DNA of 64,000 bases from assembly GCA_024401305.1 (NCBI GenBank), contig JAKSLI010000012.1:2672-66671 (forward strand). Direction: 5' to 3'. The position numbers were made by a program, and so were the translations under genes. Below the pieces are notes generated by a model. It searched no databases. It saw only the letters and a program-made list of their open reading frames with translations, and was not told the origin of the DNA. The first letter of the stretch is position 1, and every line of letters begins with the position of its first letter. This DNA is from Bacteroidaceae bacterium (GTDB lineage Bacteria > Bacteroidota > Bacteroidia > Bacteroidales > Bacteroidaceae). Shown here piece after piece: positions 49,595 through 59,049 of this stretch.

Positions 49595-52500
49595 ATGAAA
49601 CTAACCTATTTCAAACTAACCCTTATCCTTTCCATGCTTCTCGTCATGCCGAATATAGCGATGGCTGATGCCACGAAGCACAATGGCGCTACGCAGGAAT
49701 CCCAGAATGCGGAAGCGCTACGCAGTGAGATTGAGCACGACCTGCTTACCAATATCCTACCATATTGGTTGGAGAAATCGCCTGATGCTTACGGCGGTTT
49801 CAATGGCTTGATTGCCTATAATGGCGTTGCCAATGAACAGGCGCCGAAGGGTGCTGTGTTGGGAGCCAGAATCCTTTGGACATTCTCTGCGGCTTATCGC
49901 AACTACAGCATTGCCGCACACAAGGACTATGCCGACAAGATCCAGCAGTTCTACATCCAGCACTTCATCGACAAGCGCTACGGCGGTGTCTATTGGACGC
50001 TGAATCCGGAAGGCGCAATGCTCGACGGCACGAAGCAGACATACGCTGCGGCTTTCGGCATCTATGGACTTTCCGAGCATTTCCGCGCTACGGGAAACAA
50101 GCAGAGCCTTGAAGCTGCCATTACCTTGTATCGCACTCTGAATGAGAAGGTTAAGGACAATGTGAACGGTGGCTACAAGGAGGTAATGTCGCGTGACTAT
50201 TCTTCCACCATTGCCAATGGCGTCGATGACCACGCAGGTGCCACGAAGACCATGAACACCCATATCCATCTGCTGGAGGCTTTCACGAATCTTTATAAGG
50301 TTTGGCACGACAATCAGCTGGAGAATGACATCCGCGACCTCATCACGATCCTCTCTTCTTCCGACAGACTTTACAATCCGCAGACTGGTCATCTCCGCCT
50401 TTTCTGCAACGATGCTTGGCAGGAACTCGACAAGGTTGATTCCTACGGCCACGACATCGAGACCTCTTGGCTGCTTTACGAGGCTGCGGAAGCCTTGGGC
50501 GACAAGGCTCTGATACAGACAGTAGGCAAGCAGTCGGTCAGAATGGTTGATGTTGCGCTGGCAGAAGGCACGAATCCCGACGGATCGATGATCTACGAAA
50601 AGAACTCAAAGGGCTTGCAGCGCAGACTTTCGTGGTGGCCTCAGTGTGAATCCATCGTGGGCTGTGTCAATGCTTGGCAGATTACGGGCAAGCAGAAGTA
50701 TCTCGATCAAGCGGCTAAGATATGGCAGTTTGTAAGGGAGAACTTCATCGACCGCGAGAATGGCGAATGGCATCACTACATCTCTGCCAGCGGCGAGGTG
50801 CAGAAGAAGGAGCCGAAGGGAAGTCTTTGGAACTGCCCTTACCACAACAGTCGCATGGGCTTCGAGATAGTCAATCGCCTCAAGCCTCAGGCTGTTCATT
50901 CGGAAGTCATGGCGTGGAGCAATATCACTGGCGTCAGGATGGATGGCGAACTCATTGATTTCGAATCATCCCTTCGTGTGGGCAATCCAGGCAAACCGAT
51001 GGAAAGCACTGCTCGTGAGGCTCAGAACAATGTGAGATACCGCCGCGACGGACAGACGCAGATTGTTGACATTCCGCTCCATGGCGCTCATTTCCATCAG
51101 GAGGTTACCGATGTCAATCAGAACACTGTCAAACTTTCATGGCAAGCCACTGCCGACAGCACTCTTCAGGAAGGTGCTTATTTCTGCATGGAGCTTGCAC
51201 CGAAATACTATTCAGCAGCAAAGATAAAGGCTGCGGGCAAGAAGGTTTCCGTCTCTTCCGCTGAGCGCAATCTTTCGCTTGAGTTTGACAAGGCCGTAAA
51301 AACCTTCGTTCGTGAGGAGAATGGCAGCAAGGTTCTCTATGTCACTTTGCTCAACACCTTGCAGAAAGGACAGTCGACTTCTCTCTCTGCCGTACTGAAA
51401 ACCTCTGGCACTCAGCATAATGAGACTGCTCGCATCTCTCTCGACATGGCTCATCCGGGCTCTCGTTTTGAGGGTTTCGGTGGAAATTTCCGCATACAGA
51501 ATCCAGCTCGCGACCCGATGGTCATCGACTATTGCTTGGACAATCTCCGCGTAGCTTTCGGTCGCGTGGAACTGCCATGGGCGTTGTGGGATAAGGAGGG
51601 CGTTGCAAATGAGCGTGTCAAGGCAAGCATCGAGATGGCAAAACGCCTGAAGCGTATCGGAATGCCGGTAGTCTTGAGTTGCTGGTTCCCACCAGAATGG
51701 GCTCTCGTCAGCACGGAGAGACAGCGTCCGGGCGTTGCCGCCTTGCGCCTGAAGCCAGAGATGAAAGACCGCATCTACGACTCGCTCCTTGCTTACATCA
51801 AATTCATGAAGGAAGAGCATGGCGTCGATGTTGACTACTTCTCTTTCAATGAGTCTGACATCGGCATCGATGTGCTTCACACTCCGCAGGAACATTGCGA
51901 CTTCATCAAGGAGTTTGGCGCACGACTTGCCGCCGAAGGTCTCGCTTGCAAGATGCTTCTCGGCGACAATTCCGATGCTACTTCCATCAGTTTCATACAG
52001 CCTGCCCTCAAGGATAAGAACGCACATAAATACATCGGTGCCGTTTCCTTCCACTCATGGCGTGGCTGCGACGACGAGACTCTTCGTGGATGGCGTGATG
52101 CCGCCCGGAGCATCAATGTGCCGCTGATCGTTGGCGAAGGTAGCACCGATGCTGCTGCGTGGCGTTATCCGGGCATCTTCAAGGAATCCACTTTCGCACT
52201 CTACGAGATAAACCTCTACACCCGTCTGTGCAACATCTGCCAACCGGTGAGCATCCTCCAGTGGCAGCTCACTGCCGACTACTCTCTTCTCTATGGCGAG
52301 GGTGTTCTGGGCGAGGACGGTCCGCTGCGACCTACACAGCGCTTCTTCAATCTCAAGCAGCTTGCCATGACACCAGCCAACGCCTTTGCCATCCCTGTCA
52401 GCGTCAGCAAGGACAACATAAACGCTGCGGCGATGAGCAATACCGTGAAGGGCGAGGCAGCCGTTCATATCGTCAACAACGGCGCTTCGTGCATGGCGGA

Positions 52501-52654
52501 GGTAACCGGCCTTCCACAATCAGCAACGAAGGCAACAGCCTACATCACAAACTCCATTCAACATGCCGAGGCGCAGCAGATTGCCATAGCTAACGGAAAT
52601 GCCGAAATCTTCATGCCGGCAGAAAGTTTCGTAACAATAATCTGCGAGGAATAA
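49595..52654 (+). CDS. Secreted AGE/cellobiose 2-epimerase domain fused to a clan-A (GH30/GH5-like) glycoside hydrolase
   Basis: Signal peptide; ARILWTFS, NTHIHLLEA, SYGHDIE, WWPQ.E and CPYHN.R (epimerase); then FEGFGGNF, FNES, SFHSW and LIVGEG (TIM-barrel GH). Confidence 0.8.
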   Translation: MKLTYFKLTLILSMLLVMPNIAMADATKHNGATQESQNAEALRSEIEHDLLTNILPYWLEKSPDAYGGFNGLIAYNGVANEQAPKGAVLGARILWTFSAAYRNYSIAAHKDYADKIQQFYIQHFIDKRYGGVYWTLNPEGAMLDGTKQTYAAAFGIYGLSEHFRATGNKQSLEAAITLYRTLNEKVKDNVNGGYKEVMSRDYSSTIANGVDDHAGATKTMNTHIHLLEAFTNLYKVWHDNQLENDIRDLITILSSSDRLYNPQTGHLRLFCNDAWQELDKVDSYGHDIETSWLLYEAAEALGDKALIQTVGKQSVRMVDVALAEGTNPDGSMIYEKNSKGLQRRLSWWPQCESIVGCVNAWQITGKQKYLDQAAKIWQFVRENFIDRENGEWHHYISASGEVQKKEPKGSLWNCPYHNSRMGFEIVNRLKPQAVHSEVMAWSNITGVRMDGELIDFESSLRVGNPGKPMESTAREAQNNVRYRRDGQTQIVDIPLHGAHFHQEVTDVNQNTVKLSWQATADSTLQEGAYFCMELAPKYYSAAKIKAAGKKVSVSSAERNLSLEFDKAVKTFVREENGSKVLYVTLLNTLQKGQSTSLSAVLKTSGTQHNETARISLDMAHPGSRFEGFGGNFRIQNPARDPMVIDYCLDNLRVAFGRVELPWALWDKEGVANERVKASIEMAKRLKRIGMPVVLSCWFPPEWALVSTERQRPGVAALRLKPEMKDRIYDSLLAYIKFMKEEHGVDVDYFSFNESDIGIDVLHTPQEHCDFIKEFGARLAAEGLACKMLLGDNSDATSISFIQPALKDKNAHKYIGAVSFHSWRGCDDETLRGWRDAARSINVPLIVGEGSTDAAAWRYPGIFKESTFALYEINLYTRLCNICQPVSILQWQLTADYSLLYGEGVLGEDGPLRPTQRFFNLKQLAMTPANAFAIPVSVSKDNINAAAMSNTVKGEAAVHIVNNGASCMAEVTGLPQSATKATAYITNSIQHAEAQQIAIANGNAEIFMPAESFVTIICEE

Positions 52655-52736
52655 ATGTAATTCCTTTGTGTGAGTTGTAGGAGAACCTTCACGAGAAAGG
52701 GATTCTACAATGTCGTAAGATGTAAGAGTAATAAGA

Positions 52737-52774
52737 AAATATTCAAGTTCCGCTTTTGCGAAACTTGAATATTT
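52737..52774. terminator. Hairpin between convergent genes, probable bidirectional terminator
   Basis: aaatattcaagttccgc-tttt-gcgaaacttgaatattt. Confidence 0.55.
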
Positions 52775-53768
52775 ATTTAAAAGAATCTGTGAGGAGTTTT
52801 ATCTCTATTCGTGGCGAAATCTTTTCATAGAGAATATTATACACGGCGTCAAGGATTGGCATGTTAACATGAACATAACGGTTTATGTCCTTCATGCACT
52901 TGGCGCCATAAAATCCTTCTGCCACCATTTCCATCTCTATCTGTGCACTCTTCACGCTGTAGCCCTTGCCGATCATCGTACCGAAGGTGCGGTTGCGTGA
53001 GAAGTTGCTATAGCCTGTCACAAGCAAATCGCCCATATAAACGCTGTCCGTAATGTCGCGTTCCAATGGATGCATTGTCTTCAAGAAACGATTCATCTCT
53101 TGCACTGCGTTGGATATGAGAACTGCCTGGAAGTTATCGCCAAACTTCATGCCGTTGCAGATGCCTGCCGCTATTGCATAGACATTCTTGAGCACGGCTG
53201 CGTATTCAATGCCTTCAACATCGCTTGAGGTCTTTGTCTTGATGAACTCGTTAGCAAGAATATCAGAAAAAGCTTCTGCCTTCTCTTGGTCGGAGCAACC
53301 GATGGTGAGATAGCTGAGACGCTCAAGTGCTACTTCTTCCGCATGTGAAGGTCCGCCAATGCAAGCGAGGTTCTCGTAAGGCACATTGTAGGCTTTGTGG
53401 AAATACATCGAACATGTGATGTTATCGTCGGGAATGATACCTTTTATAGCCGTGACGATGAATTTCTTACTGAGCTTTGCCTTAACCTTCTTGAGATGAT
53501 TCTTGAGATATGGAGATGGAACAACGAATACGAGTGTGTCGTACTCATTGACAATAGTGTTCAAGTCAGAGGAAAAGCGGATTTCGTTTGTATCAAAATG
53601 CGCACTTTGCAGATACGACGGATTATGATGAAGACGCTTGAAATCTTCAATCTGATCGTCGCGGCGCATGTACCATCCGATGTGATGAGTGCTTTTCACC
53701 ACAATCTTCGCGATGGCCGTTGCCCAGCTTCCGCCTCCGATTATCGCTATTTTTCCACAGTCGAACAT
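52773..53768 (-). CDS. gpsA: NAD(P)H-dependent glycerol-3-phosphate dehydrogenase
   Basis: GGGSWATA, AIKG, GPSHAEEV, LKNVYAIAAG, GDL.VT..S..SRN, VAEG. Confidence 0.95.
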   Translation of the reverse strand: MFDCGKIAIIGGGSWATAIAKIVVKSTHHIGWYMRRDDQIEDFKRLHHNPSYLQSAHFDTNEIRFSSDLNTIVNEYDTLVFVVPSPYLKNHLKKVKAKLSKKFIVTAIKGIIPDDNITCSMYFHKAYNVPYENLACIGGPSHAEEVALERLSYLTIGCSDQEKAEAFSDILANEFIKTKTSSDVEGIEYAAVLKNVYAIAAGICNGMKFGDNFQAVLISNAVQEMNRFLKTMHPLERDITDSVYMGDLLVTGYSNFSRNRTFGTMIGKGYSVKSAQIEMEMVAEGFYGAKCMKDINRYVHVNMPILDAVYNILYEKISPRIEIKLLTDSFK

Positions 53769-53777
53769 AATTATATT

Positions 53778-53919
53778 AAGTATTAAGTTATAAGCATTAG
53801 GTAATAAGTATGATTACCTTTTAAATAAAGATGATGTAGGGCGAAGATTTCTGAACCCTACAATTGTCAGCCAACAAGTCTAATCACACTTATTACTTAC
53901 TACTTACTACTTATTACTT
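53778..53919. repeat. ~142 bp inverted-repeat element with heptamer (AAGTAAT) arms between lysS and gpsA
   Basis: Arms 53778-53816 and 53881-53919 are imperfect reverse complements ending taataagtRtgatta; central hairpin tgtaggg...ccctaca. Confidence 0.75.
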
Positions 53920-53920
53920 T

Positions 53921-55705
53921 TTAATTTACAGAATTAATCCAAGCCTCTACGTCTGCAACCGATGGCTTCTGCATGTCGAGTTTGTACTTCTTGAACACTT
54001 CACCAATCTGCTGTTGTACGCCCTGAGCCTTCTTTTCCTTCAGGTCAGAGAGGAGGTAGTAGCCGCACTTGTTGAGAACAGGTACGAGTTCCTCGGCAAC
54101 ACCGATAGCTGTCCAAGCTGAAACAGGATCTTTTGGTGCCTTCTTTTCTGGCTTCATCTGTGGGAAAAGCATAACCTCACCGATGGCAAACTTACCGGTC
54201 ATGAGCATCACGAGACGGTCAATACCGATACCTATACCAAATGTAGGAGGCATACCGTACTGGAGAGCGCGGAGGAAGTCCTGGTCGATGATCATAGCCT
54301 CGTCGTCGCCCTTGTCTGCAAGGCGCATCTGCTCAATGAAACGCTCTTCCTGGTCGATAGGGTCGTTGAGCTCTGAGTATGCGTTGGCAAGTTCCTTACC
54401 GTTTACCATAAGCTCGAAACGCTCTGTAAGACCTGGCTTTGAGCGGTGCATCTTTGTGAGCGGAGACATCTCTACTGGATAGTCGCAGATGAATGTAGGC
54501 TGGATGAAGTCACCTTCGCAAGTCTCGCCGAAGATTTCGTCGATAAGCTTACCCTTGCCCATAGTCTCGTCAACCTCAATACCGAGTTTCTTTGCACATT
54601 CGCGGATTTCTTCTTCGCTCATTGGATAGAGGTCGTAGCCAGTCTTCTCCTTGATTGCATCGAGGATAGGAAGACGACGGAAAGGTGCCTTGAACGAGAT
54701 GAGCTTGCCGTCAATCTCAACCTCTGGCTTTCCGTTCACTGCGATACAGATCTGCTCGAGCATCTTCTCCGTGAAGTCCATACCCCAGTTAAGGTCCTTG
54801 TAAGAAACATAGAGTTCCATGCAAGTGAACTCAGGGTTGTGAGTTCGGTCCATACCTTCGTTGCGGAAGTTCTTGCCCATCTCATAAACGCCCTCGAAAC
54901 CGCCCACGATGAGGCGCTTGAGGTAAAGCTCTGTCGCGATACGCATGTACATATCCTGGTTGAGAGCATTGAAGTGTGTGATGAATGGACGAGCCGAAGC
55001 ACCACCAGCAATGTTCTGGAGAATAGGAGTGTCAACCTCAGTATAGCCTGCGCCATCGAGGATGCTACGCATAGTGCGGATGATAGTGGCACGCTTGAGG
55101 AATGTTTCCTTCACGCCTTCGTTCACTACGAGATCAACATAGCGCTGACGGTAGCGGAGCTCTGGGTCTTCAAACTTGTCATAGACATTGCCGTCTGCGT
55201 CTGTCTTTACGATAGGCAGTGGCTTGAGAGACTTTGAAAGGAGTGTGAGTTCCTGCGCATGAACGGAGATTTCGCCTGTCTTTGTGCGGAACACATATCC
55301 CTTAACGCCGATGAAATCGCCGATGTCAAGGAGTTTCTTGAAAACTTTGTTGTAGAGATCTGTATTGCCATCTGGACAGATGTCGTCGCGCTTTACATAA
55401 ACCTGGATACGGCCTTTTGAATCCTGGATTTCCGCGAAACCAGCCTTACCCATGATACGGCGTCCCATCATACGACCAGCGATGGTCACACAGCGAGAGT
55501 TTTCCGGTGATGGTGTCTCGGTAATATCATTGCCTTCTTCGTCCTTGCCAATAACAGGAAGGTCAACAAACTGCTCACGGATATCTGTGCTCCATGCATT
55601 TACAGGGAATTCTGCTGCAGGATATGGTTCGATACCCATGTTGCGCAATTCTTGCAGACTCTCTCGTCTGCCTATTTCTTGTTCACTGAGTTCTAGTATG
55701 TTCAC
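53921..55705 (-). CDS. lysS: Lysine--tRNA ligase (class II)
   Basis: [57 protein letters not shown]; GTG start. Confidence 0.97.
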   Translation of the reverse strand: MNILELSEQEIGRRESLQELRNMGIEPYPAAEFPVNAWSTDIREQFVDLPVIGKDEEGNDITETPSPENSRCVTIAGRMMGRRIMGKAGFAEIQDSKGRIQVYVKRDDICPDGNTDLYNKVFKKLLDIGDFIGVKGYVFRTKTGEISVHAQELTLLSKSLKPLPIVKTDADGNVYDKFEDPELRYRQRYVDLVVNEGVKETFLKRATIIRTMRSILDGAGYTEVDTPILQNIAGGASARPFITHFNALNQDMYMRIATELYLKRLIVGGFEGVYEMGKNFRNEGMDRTHNPEFTCMELYVSYKDLNWGMDFTEKMLEQICIAVNGKPEVEIDGKLISFKAPFRRLPILDAIKEKTGYDLYPMSEEEIRECAKKLGIEVDETMGKGKLIDEIFGETCEGDFIQPTFICDYPVEMSPLTKMHRSKPGLTERFELMVNGKELANAYSELNDPIDQEERFIEQMRLADKGDDEAMIIDQDFLRALQYGMPPTFGIGIGIDRLVMLMTGKFAIGEVMLFPQMKPEKKAPKDPVSAWTAIGVAEELVPVLNKCGYYLLSDLKEKKAQGVQQQIGEVFKKYKLDMQKPSVADVEAWINSVN

Positions 55706-55713
55706 AGTAGTAA

Positions 55714-55775
55714 TTTACTATTTACGGATTTACAATTTACATTTTTTGCCTTCAGCCTTTAGCTTTTAGCATTTA
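55714..55775. repeat. Two abutting degenerate heptamer runs upstream of lysS
   Basis: tttacta/tttacgg/atttaca/atttaca then gccttca/gccttta/gctttta/gcattta (same unit as the 308-333 arm). Confidence 0.65.
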
Positions 55776-55798
55776 CCATCTAAGCAACTTCGAACCTT

Positions 55799-56272
55799 TT
55801 AGAATGGGAGATCGTCGCCAGAAGCGCTGTCGCTTGTGAATGGATCAGCTGCAGCGATGTCGTTCTTGAGTGTTGCAGGAGCTACAGTTGTTGTAGGCGC
55901 TGACATAACAGACTGCTGAACAGGAGCTGCTGTAGGCTGATGCTGAACGAAGTTTTGTTGAGCAACAGGAGCACCCATTGGCTGACCTGGCATTGGAGCT
56001 GCGCCCTTAACGACATTCCATGCACGAACATCATTATACCAACGGCCGTTGTATTCGCGAGCGTCGATGTCGAAGCTTACTGTTACCTCGTCACCAATCT
56101 GGATGTTAAAGTTGTTGATTTTATCTTCGCCGAAAACATTGAACATGCACTTGCGTGGATACTGATCGTGAGTTTCCACTACATATTCCTGAACTGCCCA
56201 TGTGTTGCCGGTTCTTGCGCTAGTGCCTGAACGCTTGTCAAGCACAGCAATGATTTTTCCTTGAATTTCCAT
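55799..56272 (-). CDS. DUF3127 OB-fold protein (SSB-like)
   Basis: MEIQGKII, QYP.K..F.VFG.DKI, AREYNGRWYN..RAW; P/Q-rich linker; acidic DDLPF tip. Confidence 0.88.
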   Translation of the reverse strand: MEIQGKIIAVLDKRSGTSARTGNTWAVQEYVVETHDQYPRKCMFNVFGEDKINNFNIQIGDEVTVSFDIDAREYNGRWYNDVRAWNVVKGAAPMPGQPMGAPVAQQNFVQHQPTAAPVQQSVMSAPTTTVAPATLKNDIAAADPFTSDSASGDDLPF

Positions 56273-56365
56273 TTTTATGATTTATTTACTTGTTTTACAA
56301 TGTTTTAGGAGGCGAAAGACCGTTTCGCTAGAAACTAAATGGCATAGCTTCGCCTAAATTCACCG

Positions 56366-56373
56366 CAAAGTTA
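56366..56373 (-). promoter_or_regulatory. -7 promoter element for DUF3127-lysS
   Basis: Reverse complement is TAACTTTG. Confidence 0.55.
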
Positions 56374-56466
56374 AGCTTTTTTCCGAAGAAATCCGCATGA
56401 AAAAAGAAAAAAACACACATTATTAAATTAAAGATGTTTTTTCTTGGTTGTTCACAAAGAATTCCT

Positions 56467-56474
56467 TAACTTTG
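56467..56474 (+). promoter_or_regulatory. -7 promoter element for dnaN
   Basis: TAACTTTG about 27 bp upstream of the ATG. Confidence 0.6.
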
Positions 56475-56501
56475 TCCGCAAATTATAAAAAGTAAAAAGA
56501 A

Positions 56502-57632
56502 ATGAAAATACAACTTTCAAGCGACACACTCAGCAATCGCCTGAGTGCTCTTTCAAAAACACTTGGTTCAGGCAACAAGAACAGCTCAAACATCTTGAAC
56601 TGCTTTCTTTTCCAGGTTAGCGACAGCAACCTGACTATCACTGCATCCGATAGTGAGAATACCATGACTACCACTATGCCTATCATCGAAAGCGATGAAG
56701 CAGGAACTTTCGCCATCAATGCACAGTTCATCATCAACGCTGTGAAGGATTTGGCAGACCAGCCAATAGAACTTCTCATCGACAACGAGACAAGAGTTGT
56801 GCAGATGAAATATTCAAATGGTGTCTATGATTTCGTGGCTGACGATCCATACGCTTACCCACAGCCTCAGATGCTCGATGTCAATGTCACTACTGTAAGA
56901 ATGACTTCGAAGGAGCTCGTTGAGAATCTTGAGCGTACTATCTTCGCTACTGGCGACGATCAGCTCCGTCTCGTAATGAACGGCATCTACTTTGACCTCA
57001 CTCCAGAACATGCTGTTATCGTTGCTAGCGATGGCCACAAACTCGTTCGCAACCAGATCCTTTCAATCAAGACAGAGGAACCAAAGTCATTCATCCTTCC
57101 AAAGAAGCCGGCTCTTCTCCTCAAGAACTGCTTGAGCAAGGATGACACTGAGGTTACTATCCAGTTCGACGGGCGCAACGCTGTGTTCTCTTTCGACGCT
57201 GGCGTGCTCAACTGCCGTCTTATAGAAGGTCGTTATCCAAACTATAACTCTGTGATTCCAAAGGATAACCCTTACTTAGTTGCTGTTGACAAGAAGTCGC
57301 TCCTCGGTGCTCTCAAGCGTGTACTTCCATTCGCAAGCGACAGCAGCCAACTCGTTCGTATTGATGTTGACGAGAACAAGATTACAATCAAGTCTGAGGA
57401 CCTCGAGTTCGCTACAAAGGCCGTTGAGCAGGTTCCTAGCAGCTACACAGGCAACAAGGTTGCTATCGGTTTCAAAGGCACAGCTCTTCAGGCAGTATTG
57501 GCTAACCTCAACTTTGACGAAATAACTCTCTGCATTGGCGACCCAAGCCGTCCTTGCCTCGTGCTTCCTTCAGAACAGCCAGAAGGTCAGGATGTACTGA
57601 TGCTCCTCATGCCAATGTTGTTGAATGATTAA
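56502..57632 (+). CDS. dnaN: DNA polymerase III beta clamp
   Basis: 376 aa; IL.CFLF, ASDGHKL, LIEGRYPNY.SVIP, IGF, C-terminal LLMPM. Confidence 0.96.
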   Translation: MKIQLSSDTLSNRLSALSKTLGSGNKNSSNILNCFLFQVSDSNLTITASDSENTMTTTMPIIESDEAGTFAINAQFIINAVKDLADQPIELLIDNETRVVQMKYSNGVYDFVADDPYAYPQPQMLDVNVTTVRMTSKELVENLERTIFATGDDQLRLVMNGIYFDLTPEHAVIVASDGHKLVRNQILSIKTEEPKSFILPKKPALLLKNCLSKDDTEVTIQFDGRNAVFSFDAGVLNCRLIEGRYPNYNSVIPKDNPYLVAVDKKSLLGALKRVLPFASDSSQLVRIDVDENKITIKSEDLEFATKAVEQVPSSYTGNKVAIGFKGTALQAVLANLNFDEITLCIGDPSRPCLVLPSEQPEGQDVLMLLMPMLLND

Positions 57633-57687
57633 AAATTCGCGCGAGCGCGAGGCTGTTGGCAAAAAGCTAAAGGCTAAAGGCTTTTCT

Positions 57688-58911
57688 ATGGGAATATTAT
57701 CAAATAAAAAAATAGTTCTCGGCATTACTGGCTCAATTGCAGCTTACAAGGCTTGCTTGCTCATCCGCCTCTTGATAAAGGAAGGTGCGGAGGTGCAGGT
57801 TGTCATTACACCTGCCGGAAAGGAATTCATCACTCCACTGACGCTCTCCACATTGACCCACAAACCTGTAGTCAGCGAATTCTTCGACCGCAGAGACGGT
57901 TCTTGGCATTCGCACGTTGACCTTGGCTTGTGGGCAGATGCTATGGTCATTGCTCCTTGTACGGCTTCCACTCTTGGCAAGATGGCTAATGGTGTAGCTG
58001 ACAATATGCTTATCACGACTTACATGTCGATGAAAGCACCTGTGTTCATTGCTCCTGCCATGGACCTTGATATGTTCAAGCACCCAGCCAATCAGAAGAA
58101 CATTGAAACACTTCAAAGCTATGGCAACCACTTCATAGATGCCGGCACAGGGTTCCTTGCTTCCGGTCTTGAAGGCAAGGGCAGAATGGCTGAACCTGAG
58201 GAGATTGTTGCTGCGCTGAAGGCGTATTTCATTGGAGAGTCAGTGTCCGAGTCTGAGTCAAAGAATATCCTCATCACTGCCGGACCTACATACGAGAAGA
58301 TTGACCCAGTGCGCTTCATCGGCAACTACTCTTCGGGCAAGATGGGCTTTGCTTTGGCTGAAGAATGTGCTGCTCGTGGCCATAAAGTTACGCTTATTGC
58401 TGGTCCTGTGAACCAAAAATGCTCGCCTTACATAAATCGCATTGATGTTGAGTCGGCTCAGGAAATGTATGACGCTGCCACAAAGGTTTTCCCGGAGATG
58501 GATGCTGCAATCCTCTGTGCCGCAGTTGCTGATTATCGTCCTGTCACTCAAGCAGATGAAAAGATAAAGCGTGAGGACAAGTCTAGCATGACAATAGAAC
58601 TCACTGCAAATCCTGACATCGCTGCTGCTCTCGGAAAAATGAAGACCAACAAGCAGACTCTTGTTGGCTTTGCCCTTGAGACAAACAACGAGGAAGTGAA
58701 TGCAAAGAAGAAGCTTGAAAAGAAGAATCTCGACTTCATCGTTCTCAACTCAACACGCAACGAAGGCACTACTTTTGGCTACGACGACAACCAGATTTCA
58801 ATAATAGACCGCGAAGGACAGTATGACTTCGAGAAGAAACCAAAGACTGAGGTCGCAAAAGACATCATCAATCATCTTGAAATCGAAGGCTTCGGTTGGT
58901 TGCCGTTCTGA
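57688..58911 (+). CDS. coaBC: Phosphopantothenoylcysteine decarboxylase/synthase
   Basis: LGITGSIAAYK, PAMD..M, G.GRMAEP, ITAGPT.E.IDPVRFI.N.SSGKMG, VGFALET; start set at ATG 57688. Confidence 0.96.
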   Translation: MGILSNKKIVLGITGSIAAYKACLLIRLLIKEGAEVQVVITPAGKEFITPLTLSTLTHKPVVSEFFDRRDGSWHSHVDLGLWADAMVIAPCTASTLGKMANGVADNMLITTYMSMKAPVFIAPAMDLDMFKHPANQKNIETLQSYGNHFIDAGTGFLASGLEGKGRMAEPEEIVAALKAYFIGESVSESESKNILITAGPTYEKIDPVRFIGNYSSGKMGFALAEECAARGHKVTLIAGPVNQKCSPYINRIDVESAQEMYDAATKVFPEMDAAILCAAVADYRPVTQADEKIKREDKSSMTIELTANPDIAAALGKMKTNKQTLVGFALETNNEEVNAKKKLEKKNLDFIVLNSTRNEGTTFGYDDNQISIIDREGQYDFEKKPKTEVAKDIINHLEIEGFGWLPF

Positions 58912-58927
58912 TAATTGTTGATAATGA

Positions 58928-59023
58928 AACAAAGATTCAACCAAATTCAACCTAATTCGGTTTTTGCCCTAAACAATTAAGTGTCCTTATGGGATTTTTG
59001 TTGAATTAGGTTGAATCTTTGTT
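58928..59023. repeat. 96-bp MITE-like inverted repeat (24-bp arms)
   Basis: aacaaagattcaaccaaattcaac ... gttgaattaggttgaatctttgtt (one mismatch). Confidence 0.8.
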
Positions 59024-59049
59024 AAATATATAAATAATATCTCGTGTTT

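Noticed and set aside
56273-56501. Replication origin next to dnaN
   Set aside because: No dnaA and no cluster of TTATCCACA boxes was seen; divergent promoters explain the region.
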